From the NCBI GenBank assembly GCA_010909165.1, contig VJWM01000063.1:1240001-1304000 (forward strand): 64,000 bases of DNA, written 5' to 3'. This document shows positions 34,698 through 60,806 of the stretch, in pieces. The notes beneath the pieces are model-generated. The model had not been told where the DNA came from. It saw only the letters and a program-made list of their open reading frames with translations, and did not search any database. The stretch is from Anthoceros angustus. Its lineage: Eukaryota > Plantae > Anthocerotophyta. Position numbers and translations under genes: made by a program. Numbering within the stretch: position 1 is the stretch's first letter; the number at the start of each line of letters is the position of its first letter.

Positions 34698-35375
34698 ATG
34701 GAACCGCAGCCGCAAGGGGAATCGGCAGAAGCCGCAGCGAGTCTAGACTTTTTTTCGGAGGATTTCGATCCCTTGCTGGCTCTCAAGACGGAAGGTTTGG
34801 AGCCCCCGAATCCCAGAGTTCGGCCACTGGACAATCTCAACAGGTGCAGGGCGATCCTTCCGAAAGAGGTCCCCGACGCTCTGGCTAACGCGCCAGCGAA
34901 GCAACCGCGGTCGGCGGAATCGGTGGCTGCGCAGGAGCGGGCTAAGGCTAAGACCTCCGTGCTGGTGGAGAAGGCGGCCGAGCGAGCGCGGCGGGTGAAG
35001 ATCTTGGACGTGCTGGCCGAGAAGCTGGAGCTGGGGCCGCTGTCCCTTTTGGTGGACTGCTTCCGGCGGCGGGGAAGGGTTCAGGTCTGGACTCGCCACG
35101 GCAAGGGCCCACGCGGCGTGCTCACGGGGTACCTCCAGGCCATGGACAAGCACATGAACCTGGTATTGCGGGATGTGGATGAGGAGTACACTGTGCGGCG
35201 GAGAGTTCCCAGGCTGGTCAGGGTTCGAGGTCGGGGCAAGGCGGCACCACTAGATCAGGAGGCCGAGCCGGAGATGGAGCTTAGACTCTTTCCCAGACTG
35301 GAACACCGCAGGAGACACTTGCAGCAGATTTTTCTCAGAGGCGACAGCATCATCATGGTGAGGAAGCTGGTGTGA
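34698..35375 (+). CDS. LSM11: U7 snRNP-type Sm-like protein LSM11-like, 225 aa, intronless
   Basis: N-terminal LDFFSEDFDPLLAL motif; Sm1 GPLSLLVDCF...RHGKGPRGVLTGYLQAMDKHMNLVLRDVDEEY; long insert; Sm2 RHLQQIFLRGDSIIMV. Confidence 0.82.
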   Translation: MEPQPQGESAEAAASLDFFSEDFDPLLALKTEGLEPPNPRVRPLDNLNRCRAILPKEVPDALANAPAKQPRSAESVAAQERAKAKTSVLVEKAAERARRVKILDVLAEKLELGPLSLLVDCFRRRGRVQVWTRHGKGPRGVLTGYLQAMDKHMNLVLRDVDEEYTVRRRVPRLVRVRGRGKAAPLDQEAEPEMELRLFPRLEHRRRHLQQIFLRGDSIIMVRKLV

Positions 35376-35979
35376 TAGCCGGCAGGCGATGTGAATGCAA
35401 TGCGAGAACCAGAGTCTGAGAAGCTTACTCCAGGGTGACAGCGTTCCCGTTGTGGAGGAAGGACCCTGCGCGGCTCCTTGAGCAAGAATCTGAGGCCGTA
35501 GTGGAGAACTTCTTCTGCTGAGAGTGTCTCGGAAGGAGGCTGGTAGTTTTGCCACAATGCGCCTCCTTTGATGATGGGAATGATGCGAGCTCGCTCCCAT
35601 CTAGAAAACAGCCACATTGTGGGAAAACGATCGGCATCCTACTGAGAAGAATTGGGAACTCGAGTCCGCCAGACCTCGCTGCTCTCCTACCCGCAAACTC
35701 GAACAGTGTGACTCGAGGAATTGTGAATTTACGTTTGGAGAGGCCGTCATTTTATGCCTAGGTCGCGGCTACCTCCTGCTCCCTCATCCCTAGTCCAGAC
35801 CAGAGCCCTAGGTTTAGTTAACTCTTGTACCCGGTCAAGGGATAGATAATCGATATGATTTTGTGATGTATGTACTGTCTCCGCTAGATTTATGTCATAA
35901 TAAATAAGGCCAAAAGTATTAGCACGGCAAGGCTATCGTCTTGAGAACGCTGATTTGTGTGTCTGTGGCGGGAGATGAA

Positions 35980-38642
35980 ATGGCCGCTATGACGAATGTC
36001 AGGGTGGCGTACGTTGCATCTGGAGCGAGTGTGATCAGGTGAGCAAGAGGGAAGCACTTTGTTGTCCATGACGAGGCGGTGATGGGCGCACAGGATTTTT
36101 TTGAGTCTTTGGAATGACGGTAGGATTCGTTCTTGATGCAGGGGGAGAGCAGTATGGAATCCTCAGCCTCGCATTTTGTTGCCGTGCAGCGGTGCAGCCA
36201 GGTTTGCAGCTGGCGGGAGAGTTTTGAGGCTGACTACCGAGCAGCGGCGGGGAGCGGGGGCTGTCCAGGCTGTTCGGCAGCTGGAACAATGGACATCAGA
36301 GGACGGCGAGGAGACATTGGAGGGGCGCGCAGCTGAACTCGCACGCAAGAGGCAGAGGGTTAAAGGTTGGCGGTGGTTGTTGCGGATGTTTTTGCAATTG
36401 TGGTGATGGTGGCATGATTTTTTTTCCCGGGACTGACAGTGCTGTGCTGCTTGTTTCAGCCCGGCTTAACAGAGGAAGAGGTTGGCCTACAAGTTATGAA
36501 CTTATGCAGGAGAAAATGTTGCCTGCCGTTATGAGCCCGAAGTCTGGAGCTCTTGTGAGATTCATCAAACAGCAGAGTGACATGCAGATGGTTTGGAGTG
36601 CTCTTGATTCCATGCCTCCAGGACACGAGTCTTGGGAGGATATCATCAGTGCAGCACTGGAGCTGAGGCGCCAGCAGGATTGGCCTCACGTGATTCAGGT
36701 GCGTGAGTAGCTGTGGCCCTCGTGGGAGGTGTTGGGTGTTACTGTCCTGCTGCATAACTCTGAATATGTTTGCATCTTTGCAGATATATGAATGGGTGCT
36801 TCAGAACAAGACTTTCAAGTATGACGTTGGCTGTTATAACCACCTCATCGAGGCATATGGAAAGAACTCTCAGATCAAAGAAGCGGAGAAGGCTTTCAAG
36901 TCAATGAAGAAGGCAAATTGCATTCCGACTGAGGGCACTTACAATGCTCTCATGAATGTGTATTCAAAGGCTAACATGATGGAGAAAGCAGAGGAGTTAT
37001 TCTATGACATGCAACGCCGTGGATACACTCTGGGTATGCCCTCTCGTGTGCATAACAGCACCCTACTTGTACCTCAGCTTTGCTATTCTTGCTAGTCTGA
37101 AGTAGGTTCACTTCAAATCCAGTGGGAGAGCGGTGTGAGACCATCTCTCGTTCTTGCTTTTCTGCCATCTAGAGTGCTACAGAAAGCAGACTATGGGTGT
37201 GGGGTTGTTTTGTAGCTTAGAATGGCTGTATAGACTCAAATGACATGATTATGATTGGCCAGGGGCTGTCTTTTCTCAGGAGTAACCACCTTCAACACAT
37301 TGCTCGGTGTGATGAGCAAACGTGGTCATTTTCACAAGGCGGAGCAGTTGCTCAGCATGATGCGGAAAGCAAAGTGCTCACCAACAACAACTACATTCAC
37401 ACTGCTGATCAATGCATATGGGAAAGTAAGGCTTCATTGCGAATTTCGCATGCTAGGTGTCCCCACTTTGAGAATTAAGCAGGCTGACCCTAGTTCGTGT
37501 GTGCCAGGCAGGCTTGCCACAAAAAGCTCAGCGCTTGTTTAATGGGATGCATACAGATCTCTGTGCCCCCGATATTTATGCTTTCACTGCACTTATGAAT
37601 GCTTATGCAAGGAGTGGAGATTGTGAGAAGGCCGAAGAAATATTTGCTGAGATGCAAAGGTTTGGCTATGAGCCAGACATATATGCATACAATGCTCTCT
37701 TGGAAGCCTACAGGTTGGAAAGTCTCTGACACCCTTTACTTTGTGCATGGACGTGGAGGGCTAGGGTTGACGCTAATGGGAACTGCTAACAGTTGCGATG
37801 GTCATCTGCCCTGTTGTCAACCAGTCGTGCAGGTCTTGCTGCTGGAGCATCTGAGGTATTCAGCACAATGCAACAAAGGGGTATCACTCCGGATCAGGTG
37901 TCTTATAACATCATGGTAGATGCCTACGGGAGGACGGGATCTTGTGCTGGTACGTGCAGACGTTTAAGTTGGAATTCCTAACTAGAGCATGAACCTTTTA
38001 AGGCAAATCTGAGCACTGTTGCGGTGGTATAGTAGAGTAGTTTCGCCTTCTGATGTACTGGGTGTACTCATGCTTGCAGAAGCAGAACGCATTTTTGAGG
38101 AGATGGCAAAGGTCGGCTTTAGACCAACGATGAAATCATATGTACTGCTGTTAAGTGGATATGCCAAATCAGGACGGCTGCCAGATGCAGAGAAGCTTGT
38201 GAAAACCATGGAAAGCTCTGGGCCGTCTCCTAATCTCATAGTGTATAACTGTCTTCTGAATGCCTATGGGCTTGCAGGAAAGTTTGACAGGATGGAGAGC
38301 TTATTTGAGTTCCTGGACCAAGGGACGAAAAAACCAGATATTACAACCCTTAACACTGTTATCAATGCGTACGGACATGCTGGTTCTGTGGAAACCGCAG
38401 AAAAAGTGTTTGCATCTATCGATGAACGAGGACTGAAGCGGGATGCAACCACTTGGACATCATTCATGGGAGTTTATGCTAAAAGGAAGCTGTTCCGAAA
38501 ATGCATACAGCTATTTGAGAAAATGGTGAAGGAGGGCTGCTGCCCAGACGCAGCCACAGTTAGCGTTCTCTTATCTGCATGCCGTAGCCCGGAGCAAAGA
38601 CAGGAGGTGTCAGAGTTGCTTCAACGCCACTCCTTCAGTTGA
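35980..38642 (+). CDS. P-class pentatricopeptide repeat protein, intron-rich (At2g35130-like from memory), likely organellar
   Basis: Transit-peptide-like start MAAMTNVRVAYVASG; SWEDIISAALELRRQQDW; about 10 PPR motifs (CYNHLIEAYGK, TYNALMNVYSK, AFTALMNAYAR, SYNIMVDAYGR, TWTSFMGVYAK); ends VLLSACRSPEQ...HSFS*. Confidence 0.9.
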
Positions 38643-40893
38643 TTATCAGAATCCAAGGCCGTCTACTTTTGGCCCGGTTTCACTCCATTTCCCACCTTCT
38701 GCAAGTGGAGAAACTGGAGAATAGAGGTGACGTCCATATGTAGATGATGCAGCAGTTTAGGCCATTGCCAGCTCATGGGGAGGAAGTCAAGTGTCAAGTA
38801 CCTGCTAAATATCCAGGGACTTGCCGTTGGCAGTCCAATTCTGACATGACACATATAGAGCGGCAATTGAGAAAGGCAAGTTACTGGACGCGATTCGGGC
38901 TTCTCAATTTGTACATGTGCTCTGAAGTAGCCGATGTCTACATGGTGTGACCAAGGCCCGTTGTGTGAGCTTCAAGTTGTTACTAACACATCCTGATAGG
39001 AGAATGGAGTAGAGAAAAGCAAGACTAGGTAACCAAATGCAGTGATAGAACCGATTTGTTAACCGTGAAGTGTTTGTTACTAATCTCTAATCATAGCCAC
39101 GGGTGAAAAGACGGAGATGTGAGTCTGGCTAGTTTTTTGGTTGAGCTGCCAATGAGAACAAGACAAGAAGCGTATTTGCAAGGTATGTGGATTGTATGGA
39201 AAATTTGGAACGGACTATCTAGTGGTCTACTGCCATGACGGCGGGGCTCAAAAACCCGACCATCATCATAGCTGTGCCTGTCCATGACAATGACGACACT
39301 ACATTGTGGTGGGACAACCAGCCCACCTCGCCCATCTACTGTCTGTCCGATGTCTATGCGCTAATCCATGCTTCACTCTCTTACTACGAACGTAACAAGA
39401 GAGGAGCTCCTAGGCGGCATATTAAAGCATTATCATGAACACCAGCCGCAGCCCTCACGTTCTGCTGCCTTAACTCCTCAATAAGCAACTTTTCTTGGAA
39501 TGCCTTAATTGTCCCAGGAAGATTTTCATTATTACACTGGATGCCTTATTATGTGTGTCCAAATGGCTTAGGCCAAATGGACACACATTTATAAGAACGT
39601 GATTATTAAGCATCCTGCGCTTGGATGTACTTGCATATCAACAGCTGTAGCTTGTAGCTGGACCACTAGTTTGAAGATCAATAGTAATATAATAAAACTC
39701 ATCAATAAAGTTTCTCACCGTTTGTGAAGGGTTCAGTCTTTAAATTAGCCATCGTCTAACTCAATTTGCTCATAAGTCAATTATAATACCTGCCAAATTC
39801 CAACATATGTTGTCTTTTGCATTATTTGACCAATACACTATCCTCAATATTTTCTCTGGTATAGGGACTTACAACAACCTCCTAAGTGCAGTGAATCACC
39901 AGACGTAGATGCCGGTAATAAATCCTTTCAAAGCCACCTTGCCTCCTTTGTCTAGCGTCTACATCTTTGTATGCTACAAATAAGTTACAAACAGAAGCCC
40001 ACTACTAGCCAGCCATCCTAGCCCACTTCTTGAGTAGCAAAAATTCCGCTAACCCCATAAGATCATCAATGGGACCTCATTAATCAGCAAGATCAGCAAT
40101 GAGACGGCGGGACCCATCACTGATCCCTTCAGCAGACCCGAAGTACGTGGGCATATTAGAGAGCTACGTTGTGCAGCTAAAATTGGTATATAGAGTGCTT
40201 CATGAGTAGTTTCTGTATTTTTGTTTTTCTATTTTGGAGGAAAGAAACTGCAAACACATAAATACCATGTGTAGCGACAACTCGAAGGCCTCGGGAAGTG
40301 AGCAATAACTTGTGGTTCATACCAGACCAAACCACAGGTCGGAAAAGGTTCGTCTGAGAGAGAGCTTGTGGACCTTAGGTCCTTATAATCGATTCCCCAC
40401 CCCTTCCCCGTTCTCCGCTTCTCCTCACCTTGTGGAGCTCTCCGCTTCTTCTCGCCTTGTGGAGCGGCAGCCTGCCTATCTTCAAGCACCGGTTGTGCTG
40501 CTCATGGCGGCAGTTGTTGACGCCTTCTTGGGCCATCTCCTTTCCCTTGGACCTCACTATCTTTGGTTCAAGGTTCTTACATCTTGGTGTGTTGGATAGG
40601 CTCGGGCCGAGTGTGAGAGGACAGGGATCATCGCCCCCTTATTTCACTTACAAGCACAATGGCCTTTAGAGAAGAATTATCCAGGTTTGAGGAAGTGAGA
40701 GCAAGAGGCATTGCGTGACCCACTTCGCTGTGGTGGTCTCACCTCCAAGTCTTTGGAAGTATCAAGGGGAATGGGGAAAAAATAACAAACGGCATCATAC
40801 ATCACAGTGTCACAAACGTCTCTTCCAAACACATAAGAAGCACATGAGGCCAATCGAATTTGTGTTTCCTGTCTGACATCCACGTGCAAGGAA

Positions 40894-42340
40894 GTGAGGT
40901 TTAGCTTTAAACCATTTGGTGGTGCTTCTGCTGCTGAAATGGTGCCTCTGAATCTTATGAATCCAAGAGGGGGAAGCCTTGGCGATGCTTCACCTCTTAT
41001 TGTGGAGCCTTATGTCTACTACCAATTTTTCTCCGACTTCGACTATCAGCCTCGCCAAGGGCTCACCGAGTGTGCTGATAATGGGATTCTCCAGGGTCTA
41101 TCCTAAACGCCCCTGTATGCCAACTACTTTTATGACCTTCTTAAGCTCGTTACCTAGCATATTTTGGTTGTGCCATCCCAGGGACATACAGCGGATCAGA
41201 AGGGGGACACTGCCAAACCCAAAAAGAACACACCCCATCCCTGCCCACCCATTTCTTTGAAGTGCTTTACTGAGATCCTATTGTACGCCAACAGGCGGGA
41301 GTTGAATGTCCTGACCTATGAAGGTTACCGGTTCCTTAAAGACCACTGTACGCACATCTTGCGGGCTCATGGGCTCTACTGTAAGATAAGTTTCCCTTTT
41401 CCTATTGTCTGTTCAATTTTGCAAGAGATTCCTTTGTCCTGTTAACTTGTCTTGCTGTCTTGGTAACATCTTGCTTCCTCTAACTTGTGATGGGCTACAT
41501 ACGTAAAGCTACTTCCAACCTTGGTTTTTCTTTGAAAGATGAGTGGACACTGAAATAAGATTTTACGTTTGCTGTATTTATCCATGCCATTCAACTGGCC
41601 ACTATGGATCCTTGTTTGCCAGTCCTAATCAAGGAAGGGTGTGAGTCCTTGTGAAGAGCCATATTGCAAGTTGTTATTGATAAGTTTTAGACTATGGCAA
41701 ACAATACAATATGGTCTCAATAGAGGAGCTTTCTGGTCACATCACCACTCTAAAGGCCAGTGATCCCGGCATATTTGAGAAGATTGTGAATTTTGCGAAG
41801 AGAGGCTCAAACGACACTTTGGTGGCCAACTTTTCCTCGACAATTTCTCAACTTCATCCGACATCGCAAAGTGTGTCAGTGTGACCTATTAAGGACGAAG
41901 ATCATCAAGGGCCACCAAAGGATAGGTGTTGTCTGTGGATGGATGCTGCGTATCTCTCAAACTATGCTTCTAAAACCAAGAACATTGTTGACAGGGAGTG
42001 TCTAATGGCATATAATTCGGTTTGTAGCATTTTGGAGGCTTTAAATATTGATCTTTTTCATTCTGAGGATGATGTACCAGTCTGTTGTGAAGACACCCCC
42101 ATTGGACAAGGTTGTAAAGACCCGTTTCCTCGTTTAAAGATAACATGGACAGATCCTCAATTTCACTTTCACCTTCAGTGTCACCTTCTTCTGATGATGA
42201 AAATGCTTAGACAGCTGATGTAAAACAATTGGTCTCACCTTCATCTAATGATGAAAATGCCTAGACAAATGATGTAAAATAATTTGTCTCAGATTCTTCT
42301 GATGAAAATGCCTAGAGAGGTGATGTAAAACAATTTGAGG
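40894..42340 (+). pseudogene. Decayed ORF remnants, probably transposon-derived
   Basis: Near-continuous reading frame broken by stops (...GILQGLS*TPLYANYFY...). In-frame 51-54-bp acidic repeats at 42187-42335 (SDDENA*TADVKQ, x3). Family not recognised. Confidence 0.3.
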
Positions 42341-42583
42341 TGGATTGACCTTCGGTTTCACATTTGTACTGATTTCATGCGATTTACATTAAGCACGGCT
42401 ACAATCATAAAAGTAGCAGGATTGAGGTTCTTGGCTTCTGGCCAAAGAATGCACTCAATTTACAAGTATATTTCCGATCAGCATGTGCACAAAACAATGC
42501 AGGATAAGATTTGTCAGGCTCTGATTGAAGGGTTGCTTGATATGGAGGCCTTGGAATTGGAAAGATAGGTATTTATGAATGCA

Positions 42584-42960
42584 CACTACAAGATTTTTAC
42601 AACGATGCAACGGTATTTTTACAACGATGCAACGGTATTTTTACAATGGGTTTTACAATGATATTTACAACATTATCTAGGAACCTATTGTAAATCCGCC
42701 CATTATAGTGGATGCGTAAAAGTTGACGTTGTAAATAGGATAATCTTTATGTCACTTTAGCCCCTCGGGGATGTAAATGAATGGCTCTTTGTAAGTTGGG
42801 TTTGGTAGTAAGTTTGGTGCCACGTTAGCATGCCTACAAGATTGAATGCATTAACAACGTGGATAACATTTTTGAAGTATTTTACAACGATTATAACAAA
42901 GAGCCTAACAAGACTACAACCATGGGATGTACAAGTGCAATAACAGAAGGTTTTACAACA
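42584..42960 (+). mobile_element. CACTA-type transposon terminus with subterminal repeats
   Basis: CACTACAAGA at 42584 followed by repeated TTTTACAA(C) motifs in both orientations, including a 22-bp tandem TTTTTACAACGATGCAACGGTA. Partner TIR not found. Confidence 0.5.
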
Positions 42961-44737
42961 TCCCTTATTTGCTTGAATACATATGTATTCAAGCATCGCA
43001 TAGAAACCTCTAATTTGTAATTGAGACGTTTTGTCCCAATTAGTGGCAATTCAATTCATCTTACAGATGTCTAGGCGTAGCGGACTAGCTTGATAGAAGA
43101 AGCAGATCTTCTCAGAGGATTCTTATAAATTGCGATGATCGTAGGTCTAGCTAATGCTTTGCTTTAGTTAGGATGGGCCTCGAATGTCGGCGAGGACATG
43201 GGTGCATTTGGCATGAGACTATCCTCTTTCTATTACTGGCTTCTGCCATCACTGGGCAATGCGGTCGTTGTGCGGGTAAGAGAAATGAGTCATTTTTTAG
43301 ATGCCCGGCGATGATATTGGGCGTGTCCCACCATCCATGGGATCTGTGACCCAAGGCCTTTCACTAGTGCAGCACCCGATATTCGCCCCTATGCCTCCCT
43401 CCCATTTTTTGTGTTCCACCTTAACCCTCCGGCAGGGGCTATTGTGGTGGATACTCATGTAAATACCTATGTACTCTCTTCATAGTCCACCTCCAACATT
43501 CTTGAGCTCCTTTCTCACCTGGTTTGTTGGGTTGCTTGCAGCAGGGCCGCAATTGTAGTTGCTGCTCTTCTTGCCTCCTAATGAGCGCGAGGCTCTCTAC
43601 TCAATTTCCTTACCACGTCTGTTATCTCTCATTCTCATGGCTCCTGGCTAACATGTATCATACATTTCACATATCAACACTCTTGGATAGTACAAAGGCT
43701 TGATTTGCAGAGCCCAGCTCGTTTTGCAGAGCCCATTTCAAATATTCCGTGATTATGAAGGCACTTCAAGGAAATTATGACAAGAATTAATTGCGATTAC
43801 CTATGGCACAAACCTCGTGCAAGCCTTGTGACCAAATGCAATTATGTGGGAAGGACGTGGGCGGTCTCAATGAAGATAATTGTACACACCAATGGAGATG
43901 GAGAAACTACTCGCTTTTAAATCTGCTCGTGCATCAAGTCAGGTGATCTTCTTTCGTGGAGAGAAGTTGGTTGTTTTCAATCCTCGTCCCCATCATTATT
44001 TAGACAGTTGATGGAGTGATTGAGCTATTTCTTCGCCCCATATTGCATTCTATGTTGATTATTGCTTTTTGTCTCACTTGTGCAGATGTGCATATGTGTA
44101 CGATTTGCTTCTATCACTTTGAAGCTATACCATTTCTATTCCACAGCGGTGCTTCCACCCTTAGTGGACATAAGTAAATTTGTTGTTTTATTGTTATTGG
44201 CTAGTGTGTATGTCTCATAGGTACTTTGAGGAATCTTGAGGTCGAGGTTTCTAGCCTCTCGCACCCCAACGATTAATTCTAGTTCCAGTGACAATAATCC
44301 GGGGTGAAATATAATGACTATATATAGGAACTCGTTTGGTTTCTTTAGTAAATTTGAAGATGTTATATAGATATTTCAAAGTACACATCGAAGTACTCAG
44401 TTTGAGCAGGAATATAAAAGCTTGAAGAGGTAAAATCAAACTTATGAAGTTGTGGGTGTGATGTTGATACTGAGAGTTGAAACTTGGAAGTGACTTATAT
44501 TACCCTCCAAAATTCAAAAAGGTCCTGTCAACTTGTCTCTACGACAGCCTACGCACGTAGCATCGTGGGTGAAGATGATGAATCGGGTCCTCAACACTTT
44601 TAATGGATGGTGGAAAGTGTTTGTATTGGCTGAATTGTAGGAGTGCCTTCACGAGTGTAATGTGGGGTTCCCAGGTAACCCTATTCCCTAAAAACTCACG
44701 TTACATCACACAAACGACGAGGCACATTTTAGGCGGT

Positions 44738-44935
44738 TGGCAAGTTGAGTCCTTCGAATCAGAGAGTTTGGGTGGGTTTATTTTTAGATGCACTTGGATA
44801 TCTCCAACCTAGAGCATGCCTATACTGGTAAAGTCTGGCAGGTTGAGTCCTTCGAATCGGAGAGTTTGGGTGGGTTTATTTTTAGATGCACTTGGATATC
44901 TCCAACCCAGAGCATGCCTATATTGGTAAAGTCTG
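44738..44935. repeat. 98-bp tandem duplication
   Basis: GTTGAGTCCTTCGAATC(A/G)GAGAGTTTGGG...GGTAAAGTCTG at 44744 and 44842; a few transitions between copies. Confidence 0.9.
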
Positions 44936-45955
44936 TAGTAAGTAAGGGAACAACATTATACGAAATTCGGGTCGGATGTCATATAGAAACACAAACTACA
45001 CCGTTACTTCGTTATTTTGGCTTCCTTGCTTCTTCACCATTGACCATTCCCGCCTTGAGGAGAAGGCATGCGGCTTGAACATAGCCGCACATTATCATTT
45101 GAAACTTACATTTTCTTATGCGCATTATCATTTAAAACTTACATTTTCTTATGCCATAGACAACCATGCTCTCCACACCCGCCATAAATACCCCAAATCC
45201 CTAATCAATAGGACGCAAGGATATGAGTGAAGTTTTGAAAAAGGTTGAAGATGAGTGACAAGTGAATGCACGCCACCATGAGGTAGCGTAAACAGGCCTT
45301 GGCCACTGCGTTTTAGTCAACCGGTATTGACTGCTTTTCTATTAGTAAGTATCGATTATTACGGACATTTTAAAACATTCACATTAACCCGGAAGAAAGG
45401 CTCCGAGAATATCGCTGCGGGTTTGGGTTACATGGGAACCAACAGAAGTATCATATTGGTTCTGGGTTCTCAATATATGTAGTAGACAGTAGATGTTCGT
45501 GAACAGCTTGCGTGAATGCAGGCTGTCATTTTTACTGTTTGTTACGAGGGGAGGGGAAGTCATGGGTGCGGAGACGGGAAGGTGCTCTCCCCTTGGACGT
45601 GACAGCCAAGGATAATAGGCTGACAGAGAGCAACCCCGTTGTACAGCGTGTTTACGTTTGTGTGAGGATCTTTGTTGGGTCTCCCGATTTGCTTCGCCCC
45701 CGCCAGCCACGCATGCCTAGCTTGCAATTCTGCTCAGTTTGACCGGCATTCCTGCTGGCATTCCAGCTGCTGCTGTGGGGGAGGCAGGCAGACGCAGGTT
45801 GAGCTCCGAGGGAGCCTGCACCCCATCATGGATCATGCTGCAGGCTGAAAGCTGGAGGATCTGGATGGTAGGACTGCCTTGCCTGCTGCTGGCACCGTGC
45901 TACTGCCCAATTCTGGTGGGAGTGCCCTGGGCTTGTGAGATACCGTCCCCGCGCC

Positions 45956-58793
<12,838 letters not shown>

Positions 58794-60806
58794 CATGGTT
58801 TAGCGCTCTGAAAACCCACAATGCAGGCCCCACTTGGAAACGCCCTGCTCTCCCTCCCGTTCCTCCTCCGTCCTTGTAAGGTAAGCGTATGACATAAACA
58901 TGTGTTTCATTGTGAGTTCTTCCCATCTGCAGATTCTTACCATGCACAGGTGTGCTGTCAGGATCCTGTGATGTGTCTACAACTCCGAGGTGTAACAAGG
59001 AAAGGAGCAGTGTTTACTGTGCCCGATGCAGGTTTAGAAACGTCATGCCCATCTAGATTTCTCTCATTGAAACATGACTCTCGAATGATTGCAAAGAGCA
59101 GCGCATTGTTCAGGACATCTGTCAGGTTATTGTATCATTCATTTATGTTATGCCTACCTATATGGTGAGAAAATGCGGGAGGGAAATTTTGTCCTTTTGG
59201 GTTATTTCGCCAAAACAAGATATTTTCCGCTCCGCTTCCCAATCCGACACGCTGGACTTGTGTCGGATACTTTTGGCGGTGCGCGGGAGTTTAGAACAAT
59301 TAGACGAGATTTCCTATGAGGCCTAAGTCGCCAGCCGGCCAGGAAATGCGCAGCTCGACAGGTCCGTCCAAAGCTCTTAGCGTGAATAGTATGGATCTGC
59401 TGTGATGCCGCAAGTGTGGTACAGCTCACGAGCTTCGCATTCTGGCAGCGGCGTCTTCTCAGAACAAGGGATGGCCAACAGTGGCAGGATCCTTCGAATC
59501 AACCTCGGCAGGAACAAGCTCGCCTGTGGCGTATGCCTGGAGGGAGGCAGCGGGATTCAATTGCCGCGAGCGAGCGTGTCGAGGCCTCCATCTGCACAAG
59601 CTCAGCACAGGTCCAAAGTTTAGCAGGATGGTGTGCACAAAGCCTGTGTCGCCAATCCTCGGGCGCCCCGGTATGAATCGTCCTAGGCTTTCCTTGATTT
59701 TTTCTTGATTGGCACCTTTCTTGAGCTCTGTCTTTGTGAATTCTGTGGATCTGTTTCGCACCAGACTGTCTCTTTGGTATGAACCTACACTGACGGTGAT
59801 GGCATTGTTCTAATGGCTCAACACACTTCCTTCCGCCTCCTTTTTGCTGCCAAAGCTCTCTGCACCTAGTGTTGCTCTAAATCAGAATTTTTGACGACTA
59901 CTTCCTGGCCAGAAAAGAGCGTGACGCCCCGGCTCTGATCGGCTGACGCTCTGTTTCAACAGGACTTTGCTCAGGCAGAAGTGCCTTTCGCATCCTGGCG
60001 TTGATCCTCATGTCTTTCATGTTGTCTGTCACGCAAGTGTCGGCGAGACGACTGATGCTCACGGCAGGTAATGCTTTTATCTCATGCCACCATCGTGCAT
60101 ATCTACTAGCTATTCAATACAAAGAAAACAATAGAGATGGTTCAGTTCTTTTCTTCTAATTTTCACACTTCATCCGGATCCATGGTAACACAGGTGAGGC
60201 TGTAAAATCTGCTGCAAGGGCAGAGTTAGCAGAAAGTGACGTGCGATCAGATTATGTTGATCCCAGTCCCGATCCTCATTATCCTCCTCCTTACTATGTT
60301 TATCCTCCATTTCGAGGAGACAAATACACCACTCCTCATTTCAAAAGGTTGCTTTTATTCGACCACTTTAGTGCCAATGTGGTTCAAGGTTCAAGCACCC
60401 CCGAGGAGACCTTTTCTCAGTTCAATGTTGCTCAAGACCCGCCGTTAATATAATAGCACCTTAGAGAATAGGACTTCCAAGAATTGGACTTCTTACACGC
60501 AGGTGGTTCTTGTAGTCACAAACACAAGTGAGTAGCTCAAGCCTTTTGTTTTGTAGGCTTTTGATGAATGCAGACATGTAGTGCGATGGAGTTTTGCTGC
60601 ACCTCGTGTATGTACAAAGTATTGTTAATAAAATATTGTACATTAATATGAAATTTTATTTCTTCAAGAGATCAATGAGGACTATGCCTCGCAGGATATG
60701 TAATGGGAGACGAACCTCCGGAAGGGAAATGGAGCTAGGACCGTGTCTTTGAAATCAGAGCTAGAAGTGAAGTGCAAGGCTTTTATATGATATCACAAAC
60801 ATGGGA

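Noticed and set aside
39545-39595. Short hairpin (TGTGTGTCCA...TGGACACACA) as a MIRNA or Helitron end
   Set aside because: The stem is too short for a plant pre-miRNA, and no CTRR terminus follows it.
42584-43369. Complete CACTA element ending at CACTAGTG (43362-43369)
   Set aside because: Only 5 bp of TIR match and the flanking trinucleotides (GCA vs CAG) are not a TSD.
59402-59761. Small ORFs between SYD and the GPAT repeats
   Set aside because: Four overlapping frames on both strands with no signalling-peptide or domain motif recognised; cannot choose one.
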